Assembly: GCA_965208615.1 (NCBI GenBank) | Contig: CBDBPB010000007.1 | Location: 192,001-256,000 of the forward strand | Origin: Spirochaetota bacterium | Lineage (GTDB): Bacteria; Spirochaetota; UBA6919; CBDBPB01 | DNA length: 64,000 bases | Direction: 5' to 3' | In this document: piece after piece, positions 1 through 8,034 of the stretch | Layout: each line of letters opens with the position of its first letter | How positions within the stretch are numbered: position 1 is the stretch's first letter | Position numbers and translations under genes: made by a program | The notes under the pieces: model-generated | The model's input: only the letters and a program-made list of their open reading frames with translations | Told to the model about the DNA's origin: nothing | Databases searched by the model: none

Positions 1-500
1 TCATCAATTAGCTCGCCTGATATCAAAGACCTATCCCCATGATAGATATAGCGAACAGTAGATAGCTTTTCTCCATTTGGACTAAATAAGTTTAAGTGTA
101 CAATAATATAATTTTTATCATCATAAAGAGATCTATCCACCTCATAAATTATACCCTGAATGAATAAAGAAAAAGGTATTTCTTTAGAGACATTTATAAT
201 TTCATTAGGAGTTAGATTTTTATTAAAATTAATATTATTATTTTTATAATATTGTTTTATTTTATTGTTCTCAATAACATTATAGCTCTTTTTAAGAAGG
301 TGATATTCTAACTGTTCTTTGAAGTTAAACCTTATATAAGGAGTATTTGTTCGCACATTAAAATATCCTATAGCTATCTTTGCATTTTTTGCTATGCTAT
401 AACCCTGCTTAATATAAACATCAGTTTTTGTTAGCTCAGTACACCCCATAACAAATAGGGAAAAACTAATAACTATTAAATACAGCTTAAAACCCTTCAT
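1..500 (-). CDS. Putative lipoprotein, runs off the left edge (absent from ORF track)
   Basis: Manual translation from ATG at 500: MKGFKLYLIVISFSLFVMG-CTELTKTDVYIK..., open to base 1; basic N-terminus, hydrophobic core, lipobox-like VMG|C; start overlaps the 3' end of the CHAT gene. Confidence 0.75.
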   Translation of the reverse strand, partial: MKGFKLYLIVISFSLFVMGCTELTKTDVYIKQGYSIAKNAKIAIGYFNVRTNTPYIRFNFKEQLEYHLLKKSYNVIENNKIKQYYKNNNINFNKNLTPNEIINVSKEIPFSLFIQGIIYEVDRSLYDDKNYIIVHLNLFSPNGEKLSTVRYIYHGDRSLISGELID

Positions 501-2775
501 ACAATATAAAACCTCCATAGAAAAATAAAGACTTATACTTTTCTTTTGTAGTATTATAGGCATAGTTAAAAGCTTTTTTCTTATTAGCAACTTCTATATA
601 CTTTTTAAAAAATGCAACCATAAAATCTTTACTGGATTGATCTTCTATATCCCATATGGTAGCTAAAATAGAAGTTACACCTGCATAAAAAAAACCTCTT
701 ACTAAACCGACTAACTCTTCCCCTTTATACCTGGTTGATAGACCAGAAGTGCATCCGCTTAGAGATAGAAAGTTAACCTTACTTAGGTTTAACTTATATA
801 TTTCTTTTAAGAAAATTTCATTACTATCATCTAAATAACCAGCCTTATTATGATTATTGTTGTCAACATGACTACACTCAAGATAAGAATAAAGAGGTTT
901 ATTTAAATTAAATCTAATATGTCCACTATAATGAATAATTGAATGAAAGGCAAATTCTTTTAAAATAATTTCTTTTTTAGCATTTCCCCCGATTAATGCA
1001 GAAGAATTATGGAATAAGTTTTTAATGGTATTAGCTTCTTCTAGAGAGCCTTTAAGGTTATTTCTTGGATCTCCTATTATCATGGGATTATCATCTATTA
1101 ATGATTTTGCCTTAAGTGTGCTAATAGATTGAAGGTTAGGCATATAAGAAATTAAAAGCTCTTTTTTGACAGAAAGAAATAAACTATGAACCGGAAAAGA
1201 ATGCAATATATTATAAGGGATTATAATTAATTCTTTAATACTGTCCAAATAGCTTAGTATGGGGTATACCAATATGTTAAGGGCTTTATTCTCATAAAAT
1301 GAGTTGATAAAGTCATCGTTTTTCTTTACGGCATTAAGATAGCCGGTTATAATAGCTTCGAGTTCTTCTGCCTCATAGTCTATATATATGCAGTCAAATA
1401 TTTTATTTCCGATTAAAAATATATAAATCTTATCATCATAATAAAAATACTCTAAAACCAATCCATTATTTGGTATGTGATTTTGAATCTCTATCAAAGA
1501 GTTAAACTTAAACTCAACAAAAGCTTTATAGCCACCTTTTATTGATACAATTTTCTCATCGCAGTAGTACAACATTTTTTCTATGGTGTTAATTTCGTCA
1601 AGGTTATCCAAATAGTCTTTTTTGGAATATAGTTTTTTAAGTTTTTTAACTATTTTATGCCTTTCTTTTAGCAATGAAGAGGATATACCTAAATTTTCAT
1701 GTCTTCCTGATAATATATTTTCCATAAAAAGCTTTGATCTAAAACTTTCAAACAGCTCAAATCCCTTTTTAATATTAGAGGTAATATTAGGGTCATCCAA
1801 TAAAGCGGATATAGCTTTTAAATATATTTCTTCTTTATCTTTGCTACTCAAGAATGAATGCATATTGCTTTCAAGTTTGACTCCCCATTTACTAAGATTT
1901 AACAGGGAGATAGCATGAAGATAGTTATCCTTAGCAGTTTTTTTATCATTTATAGTTTCTAAATAGTTAGCCAATAAAGCGTAGTATTCATAAGTATAAT
2001 AATTTAATTTATCAAAAATCTGATTACTATAGTCCAAATATGCCTTACCCTCTTGGAACATAGATAATTTAAAATAGCTTTCGCAAAATAGTATATAAAC
2101 ATTTCCCAAAAACTTTTTGGCATCTTTCGTATTCTGGCTGATAAAACAGTTTGCAGCTTTTTTAAGATAGTAAAATCCCTTATCGTATTTACCATGCTGC
2201 AATAATAAACCAGCCAATACTTTATTAGCCTGTCCCTCTTCTATCCTAAGGTTATAAGACCTACTAAGGTTAATAGCATTTTTAGCATAGGCAATAGCCT
2301 TATCAAGGTTGTTAGCAAAACCATAATTGATAGCTAATCCAAAGTCATTTTTGATTTTAGACTTTATTATATTTTTATTATTCGATTTGGAAATTATATT
2401 ATCATATATCCCATTAGCTTTTATATTATGTTCAAGAGTAGTTTTACCGAGATTATATAAGGCAATTGCTAAGCCATTATATGCCTTAGCTTGTTTAAAA
2501 TGCAAGTCTAAGTCATAAAACCTTTTAAGAGCATCATCAATCAGGTTTATGGTATATTTTGCTAAGTATTCCATAAACTCAAATTGTGATTCACCATAAG
2601 CAGCCCAAATTCCATTATAGCTTGCTTTTAGTAAAAGAGCTGAAATATTATTATTGTGTGAAAGGTTATATACCTTTTCTAGTAGTGGAAAGGCCTGTAA
2701 AGGGTGTTTATTATCCAAATACTTTTTAGCCTTTTCAATTAGTTCATCGAGGTTTAGCTTTTGACTATTTTGCAT
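487..2775 (-). CDS. TPR-CHAT domain protein (caspase/HetF-like cysteine protease)
   Basis: N-terminal helical TPR-like repeats; CHAT hallmarks LIIIPYNILHSFP, IIHYSGH (catalytic His), LSGCTSG (catalytic Cys), GLVRGFFYAGVTSILATIWDIED, FFYGGFILY. Confidence 0.93.
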   Translation of the reverse strand: MQNSQKLNLDELIEKAKKYLDNKHPLQAFPLLEKVYNLSHNNNISALLLKASYNGIWAAYGESQFEFMEYLAKYTINLIDDALKRFYDLDLHFKQAKAYNGLAIALYNLGKTTLEHNIKANGIYDNIISKSNNKNIIKSKIKNDFGLAINYGFANNLDKAIAYAKNAINLSRSYNLRIEEGQANKVLAGLLLQHGKYDKGFYYLKKAANCFISQNTKDAKKFLGNVYILFCESYFKLSMFQEGKAYLDYSNQIFDKLNYYTYEYYALLANYLETINDKKTAKDNYLHAISLLNLSKWGVKLESNMHSFLSSKDKEEIYLKAISALLDDPNITSNIKKGFELFESFRSKLFMENILSGRHENLGISSSLLKERHKIVKKLKKLYSKKDYLDNLDEINTIEKMLYYCDEKIVSIKGGYKAFVEFKFNSLIEIQNHIPNNGLVLEYFYYDDKIYIFLIGNKIFDCIYIDYEAEELEAIITGYLNAVKKNDDFINSFYENKALNILVYPILSYLDSIKELIIIPYNILHSFPVHSLFLSVKKELLISYMPNLQSISTLKAKSLIDDNPMIIGDPRNNLKGSLEEANTIKNLFHNSSALIGGNAKKEIILKEFAFHSIIHYSGHIRFNLNKPLYSYLECSHVDNNNHNKAGYLDDSNEIFLKEIYKLNLSKVNFLSLSGCTSGLSTRYKGEELVGLVRGFFYAGVTSILATIWDIEDQSSKDFMVAFFKKYIEVANKKKAFNYAYNTTKEKYKSLFFYGGFILYEGF

Positions 2776-2805
2776 ATTGTTTTAATGCACTTCTATTTAT
2801 TATAA

Positions 2806-4068
2806 CTATTTATTATAACTATAATAGTTAGCAAGCATCTTATTATTTAATTTATTAAATTGGCTATCACTAAGGCTCTTAGAATTGCTATTTAGAATAT
2901 CTTTTATTTTTAATAAAGTTTTATCGGATAACTCATTACCGTTTATAAGATTATTAAGCTCGTTTATTGATAGATTATATTTTTCTTGCACTTTTTCAAT
3001 GGATAATCCAAGGGATTTTACTTTGGATAAAAAGTCATTAGGTTTATTAATATTTTTTTTATCATTAAACATTAAGTGGATAGAAATTATAAGACTATCT
3101 AGTTTTTTATCCCCTGTGGTTGAGGATCTTCTAAGGTTAAGGTTTGTGGATATATTATCTATATCGTTTATAAACTGAATTACGTCATCTTTGTTGGGAC
3201 TCATATTACCTCCTTGTCTAAATAAAAGGTTTTTGTTTTTTAAGAGGCTAAAGACTTCGAATATCCCTTGTTGTATAGAGGATTTAACCTCTTCTATTGG
3301 TTCATCTATTTTTTTAGCAATAGATTGGGGGTCTTCTTTAGCAAAAAAGAACTGTTCCAAGATTTTTCTTATTTTATGTTCTTTTATTTGGTTTAGGGTA
3401 TCATGTTTTATTTTAAAAGATTCCTCTTTTATAAATGAATTAAGGTCATCGAAGTCGAAGGGTATATCGTGGAGCTTGATTATAGCCTTTAGTTCTAGTA
3501 TACCCCTATAAAGCCATGTAGAATAAACAGAAGCTTTACAACCAATGATCTCTGCAATTTCTCTGTTGGAGAGGTTAATAGGAATACACAGTTTAAATAT
3601 TATGGCATTTCTATGATTTTCATTTTTAATTGAATATAGTACTTTTCTAAAAAAGTCTTTAATTTCATCTTTTATCAATGATATATTATTATCCACTGGC
3701 GCTTTTAATATGGATGTAATATTACTGGCATTTGGGAGGTTTTCATCTAAGGAAAACTTAATTAGGGATTTATTTAATTTTTTATTTTTATAAAAGCTAA
3801 AAAACCTTAGTAATATTATATGTTTAATATAGTTTATAAATCTTTTTGGAGAACTTGTATCATACTTTTCTATGGAGTTTTTAAACTCAAAAACGAAGTA
3901 GTTTTGCAATAAATCTTCTGCATCTTCAACATTCATTTTTTTAGCTAATAAAAAGTTAAGTAGATGCCTATTACATTTGGTAAAAATAATTTCAAAGGCC
4001 TCATTAGAGTTTGTTTTTCTATATATGTCAATTAGTTTTTCTATTTCAAGCTCTTGAAGGTTAACCAT
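2806..4068 (-). CDS. ECF-type sigma-70 family factor with a second region-4-like HTH and a C-terminal XRE-like HTH
   Basis: Region 2-like AFEIIF..DAEDLLQNYF..FINYIKHI; region 4-like LSNREIAEIIGCKASVYSTWLYRGILELK; second EDPQSIAKKIDEPIEEVKSSIQQG; C-terminal LGLSIEKVQEKYNLSINELNNLING; AAAGGAGG upstream. Confidence 0.75.
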   Translation of the reverse strand: MVNLQELEIEKLIDIYRKTNSNEAFEIIFTKCNRHLLNFLLAKKMNVEDAEDLLQNYFVFEFKNSIEKYDTSSPKRFINYIKHIILLRFFSFYKNKKLNKSLIKFSLDENLPNASNITSILKAPVDNNISLIKDEIKDFFRKVLYSIKNENHRNAIIFKLCIPINLSNREIAEIIGCKASVYSTWLYRGILELKAIIKLHDIPFDFDDLNSFIKEESFKIKHDTLNQIKEHKIRKILEQFFFAKEDPQSIAKKIDEPIEEVKSSIQQGIFEVFSLLKNKNLLFRQGGNMSPNKDDVIQFINDIDNISTNLNLRRSSTTGDKKLDSLIISIHLMFNDKKNINKPNDFLSKVKSLGLSIEKVQEKYNLSINELNNLINGNELSDKTLLKIKDILNSNSKSLSDSQFNKLNNKMLANYYSYNK

Positions 4069-4309
4069 AGATAATATAAGCCTCCTTTAATATTTTTATA
4101 CAGTTAAGGTATTAATTTTCTTTCGCAAAAAGGCAAAAATAAAGTTTTTTTTTATATTAGTTATATTTGACGCTAATTTAAAATAATAAAAGCGGATTTA
4201 TTTTTTAGTTAGTATTTTAAAAAATAGTAAGTTTAGATTTTGAGTTCTAACTTAAAATTTGATTAATTTTAAGTTTCTATATATACTTGTTTAACATATA
4301 TTAATTTGG

Positions 4310-4615
4310 ATGATGATTATGAAATTAAAAGGTAAAACAGATATAATAATATTTACATATATAGTTTGTGTATTTGTAGTTAGTTTTTTAGGTATTATAA
4401 ATAACTTTGTAATAATAGCTAAATCGATATTTTTTAGTTTGAGCGATAGTTTTTTAATATTAAGCAGTATAATAACACTTCCATTTTTTATTTTTGGTTT
4501 TCTTAGCATATTTTGGATATATAAAAGGACGAAAAAGGGTTGGCATTTTAGTTTTTTTTACAGTTCATTTAGCATAATTATAAGTATTTTTTTTAGCTTT
4601 CTTTTTGTCAGTTAG
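4310..4615 (+). CDS. Small multi-TM membrane ORF, probably the frameshifted N-terminus of the PBP1A gene
   Basis: Three hydrophobic segments; removing one T from the T8 run at 4587-4594 joins it in frame to 4605..7859. Confidence 0.5.
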   Translation: MMIMKLKGKTDIIIFTYIVCVFVVSFLGIINNFVIIAKSIFFSLSDSFLILSSIITLPFFIFGFLSIFWIYKRTKKGWHFSFFYSSFSIIISIFFSFLFVS

Positions 4616-7600
4616 TATAACTTATTATAATACGGATAGTAAGGCTGTAAATAAGCTTAATAGCAACTTAGCAAAAGATAGACATAATGAACTCGTTGAG
4701 CCAGGAATTAAAATAAAATATAGTTCTAATAATAGTGTTAAAAAGCTATCGTTTAAGATAATTTTTATAACAATAGTTATAACCACCATATTCACTAGTC
4801 TAATGGGTTTTTGGATATGGTATTTAAAAAAATCAGCTATTAGAGATTTGTTTGGCATAAGTCAAAGTGAATCTGAGTCTGGTGAAAGGTTAGTTATTTT
4901 GAGGCTTGAGTTGGCCAGTGTTATAATTATTTTATTGGGAGCTATTTATTTTGGTAGAGAATTAGGTTTTGCCATAAACGACCTTAGAACTGGTCATGAC
5001 ATAAAAAAGCTTGATGACTATAGTGCATACGAGTTACCAACTAAGGTTTTTGATATAAATGGAGAAAAAATAACAGAGTTCTTTTTGGCTAAGCGACAAA
5101 TTATACCTTATAATCATCTTCCGGATAGCCTAATAGGTGCGTTAATTGCTATGGAGGATAATAGATTTTATATTCATAGGGGAGTTGATAGTTGTGGAAT
5201 ATTAAGAGCTATGTTTAATAATGTTATAGCCGGAAGAATTGTAGAAGGGGGTAGTACTATATCCCAGCAGTTGGCAAAGCTTCTTTTTACAAAAAGAGAA
5301 AGAACTCTTGGACGTAAGGCTTTAGAAATATGGTTAACTGTTCAAATAGAGAAGAGGTATAGCAAACAAGAGATTTTAGAAAAGTATTTTAATCATATTT
5401 ACTTTGATCATGGTGTATATGGGGTAGAAGCGGCATCCAAATACTTTTTTGGAAAGTCTGTAAGGGATATAAATATTGCTGAATCTGCTATGTTGGTCTC
5501 TATACCACCAAGACCTAGGAAATACTCACCTTTTAGGAATCCTAAACAGGCAAATAAAAAGCAATATATTGTATTATCCAGCATGTTAAAGCATGGTATG
5601 TTGCCTAAAGAGGATATTGACAGTATACATAAGGATTTTTGGATAAAAATGAGTAATAGGCTTATTGAAAAGAATTATAGTTCTGCATGGCTTGATAGGG
5701 ATGATAAGGCTCCATATTTTTCGGAGTATGTAAGACAAAAAGTTAAAAGCTATCTCGAAAAGGAATATGGTGATAATAATTATATTAATACAGGTGGACT
5801 TAAAATCTATACTACCCTTGATATAAGTTTACAGAAAAAGGCTTTAGAGTTTTTAAGAGTACAATTGGCTAAGCAGGATAAGATATTTAAAGCTGGAACA
5901 AAAAACATTTATCGTAGGCTTAAAAAGGAATATACTAATATTTTTAATTTTATTGGCCTAAGCTTTTTGGATAATGGTTATAAGTTTCGTTATAAGCAAA
6001 ATTATCAAAAGGTGTTTGAGCAGGTTAATAAGGAGGTATCAACTTTAGGTTTTATAAATGGCGTATTTGGTCTTGATAGGATAAATCATATTTTGAATAG
6101 GTATAAAAAGAGTTTAGAAGAGGAAAATCTAAATCTAAAAACAGAGGGAGCTTTAGTTGCTATGGAGCCAAATACTGGTTATGTGATGGCTATGGTTGGC
6201 GGGAGAAGGTTTAGCACTAATAATCAGCTAAACAGAGCTTTATCAAAAAGACAACCCGGATCGGCTTTTAAAGCATTTGTTTATGGTGCGGCTTTTAAGA
6301 GTAAATTATTTTATCCTGCTAAGGTTATGTTTGATGATGTATATAACTATGATGATGAATGGATAATCCATAATGCCGAGGATAAGTATTCTGGGCCTAC
6401 TACTTTGAGAGAGGCTATTAAGTTTTCTAAAAATACTATTGCGGTTAAGGTGATAGCTAAATTGGGGGTAAAAAGGGTAATTGATTTTGCTTCTAGTCTT
6501 TTGGGGATTAAAAAAAATAGGTTGCCTAGTGATCCATCTATTGCTTTGGGTACAGGGGAGATCTCTCCACTAGAAATGACTAGGGGGATTAGTGTATATG
6601 CTAATGGAGGCAAGGCTGTAGAACCTATAACTATATTAAAGATTGTTGATCGTTATGGACATACTATAAAGGACTATAGAGCGGAAATTATTCAGAAGCG
6701 ACTGACTGAAAAAGAAAAAGGTAAATCTAATCAGATAATATCTCCCGAGTTAGCCTATTTGATGACTAACACCTTACAGGAGGTTATTGACGGAGGTAGT
6801 GGTTATGCAGTTAGGTCTAATGGATTTCAGCTTCCTGCCGCGGGTAAGACTGGTACCACACAAAGTAATAAAGATGCATGGTTTGCAGGATATACTCCTA
6901 ATTTGGCTGCTGTTGTATGGGTTGGCTTTGATAAGGGTGTATCCTTGGGTCATAATCAGTATGGGGGTACGGTAGCGGCTCCGGTGTGGAGTAAGTTTAT
7001 GAAATTTGCTCATAATATACCGCGGTATAAATATAAAAAACAACATTTTAACAAAGCAAAAAATATTGAATATCATAGAGTATGCAAAGTTACAGGCCTC
7101 CGAGTTAGCGATGAGTGTATAGAAGCAGGACATGAGTCTGTTCAGGATATATTTCTTCCAGGATCGTATCCCAAGGAAAAGTGTGAGGGACATAAAATAA
7201 ATGAAAATGACTCCCAGAATATTGATGATATATTAGACATGGCAAATAACGGTATTATCCAACAGGATGGGGAACCTGAAGATACGAGTGATAATAATAC
7301 CAAAGATGAGATACCTCAACAAAGTGAGGATAATACTCCTACACAGAATACCAATCCTAAAGATAGTCCTACACAGAATACCAATCCTAAAGGTAACCCT
7401 ACACAGAATACCAATCCTAAAGATAGTCCTACACAGAATACTAATCCTAAAGGTAACCCTACACAGAATACCAATCCTAAAGATAGTCCTACACAGAATA
7501 CTAATCCTAAAGCTAACCCTACACAGAATACCAATCCTAAAGGTAACCCTACACAGAATACCAATCCTAAAGGTAACCCTACACAGAATACCAATCCTAA

Positions 7601-7859
7601 AGATAGTCCTACACAGAATACTAATCCTAAAGATAGTCCTACACAGAATACCAATCCTAAAGATAGTCCTACACAGAATACCAATCCTAAAGGTAACCCT
7701 ACACAGAATACCAATCCTAAAGATAGTCCTACACAGAATACTAATCCTAAAGCTAACCCTACACAGAATACCAATCCTAAAGATAGTCCTACACAGAATA
7801 CTAATCCTAAAGATAGTCCTACACAGAATACTAATCCTAAAGATAGTCCTACACAGTAG
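4605..7859 (+). CDS. mrcA: Class A penicillin-binding protein 1A (transglycosylase + transpeptidase) with C-terminal repeat tail
   Basis: GT motifs EDNRFYIHRG, GGSTISQQLAK, RKALE; TP motifs QPGSAFK (SxxK), SKN, GKTGT. Confidence 0.92.
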   Translation: MSVSITYYNTDSKAVNKLNSNLAKDRHNELVEPGIKIKYSSNNSVKKLSFKIIFITIVITTIFTSLMGFWIWYLKKSAIRDLFGISQSESESGERLVILRLELASVIIILLGAIYFGRELGFAINDLRTGHDIKKLDDYSAYELPTKVFDINGEKITEFFLAKRQIIPYNHLPDSLIGALIAMEDNRFYIHRGVDSCGILRAMFNNVIAGRIVEGGSTISQQLAKLLFTKRERTLGRKALEIWLTVQIEKRYSKQEILEKYFNHIYFDHGVYGVEAASKYFFGKSVRDINIAESAMLVSIPPRPRKYSPFRNPKQANKKQYIVLSSMLKHGMLPKEDIDSIHKDFWIKMSNRLIEKNYSSAWLDRDDKAPYFSEYVRQKVKSYLEKEYGDNNYINTGGLKIYTTLDISLQKKALEFLRVQLAKQDKIFKAGTKNIYRRLKKEYTNIFNFIGLSFLDNGYKFRYKQNYQKVFEQVNKEVSTLGFINGVFGLDRINHILNRYKKSLEEENLNLKTEGALVAMEPNTGYVMAMVGGRRFSTNNQLNRALSKRQPGSAFKAFVYGAAFKSKLFYPAKVMFDDVYNYDDEWIIHNAEDKYSGPTTLREAIKFSKNTIAVKVIAKLGVKRVIDFASSLLGIKKNRLPSDPSIALGTGEISPLEMTRGISVYANGGKAVEPITILKIVDRYGHTIKDYRAEIIQKRLTEKEKGKSNQIISPELAYLMTNTLQEVIDGGSGYAVRSNGFQLPAAGKTGTTQSNKDAWFAGYTPNLAAVVWVGFDKGVSLGHNQYGGTVAAPVWSKFMKFAHNIPRYKYKKQHFNKAKNIEYHRVCKVTGLRVSDECIEAGHESVQDIFLPGSYPKEKCEGHKINENDSQNIDDILDMANNGIIQQDGEPEDTSDNNTKDEIPQQSEDNTPTQNTNPKDSPTQNTNPKGNPTQNTNPKDSPTQNTNPKGNPTQNTNPKDSPTQNTNPKANPTQNTNPKGNPTQNTNPKGNPTQNTNPKDSPTQNTNPKDSPTQNTNPKDSPTQNTNPKGNPTQNTNPKDSPTQNTNPKANPTQNTNPKDSPTQNTNPKDSPTQNTNPKDSPTQ
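7338..7856 (+). repeat. 17 full copies plus a partial copy of a 30-bp coding tandem repeat, PTQNTNPK(DS/GN/AN)
   Basis: Unit cctacacagaatac(c/t)aatcctaaag(atagt/gtaac/ctaac), contiguous up to the PBP1A stop codon. Confidence 0.98.
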
Positions 7860-8034
7860 AGTGCCTATTTGATATTTTAGTATAATTAGTATTTATATTA
7901 TTTTTTTAGATTGCAACTGGATGTTTATGGTGTTAAATTTTATATAGATTTTAACCAATTGTTGTATATTTTAATCCTGATTAGGATCTATTATAATTCA
8001 ATGTTTAAATAATCCAAGGAAAGATTTGTGTTCT

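Noticed and set aside
487-4068. Type III-E CRISPR (Craspase) locus
   Set aside because: No Cas7-11, Csx30/Csx31-sized genes, cas1 or array in the window; only the sigma + CHAT analogy holds
4160-4200. ECF autoregulatory promoter (CGTC -10-like at 4169-4172, minus strand)
   Set aside because: No convincing -35 AAC element at the expected spacing; too weak to call
7338-7856. 30-bp periodic array as a CRISPR array
   Set aside because: Units are contiguous with no unique spacers, are in frame within PBP1A, and no cas genes are present
7267-7872. Alternative-frame ORFs 7267..7872 (+) and 7316..7774 (-)
   Set aside because: Open only because the 30-bp repeat lacks stops in those frames; no RBS or domain signal
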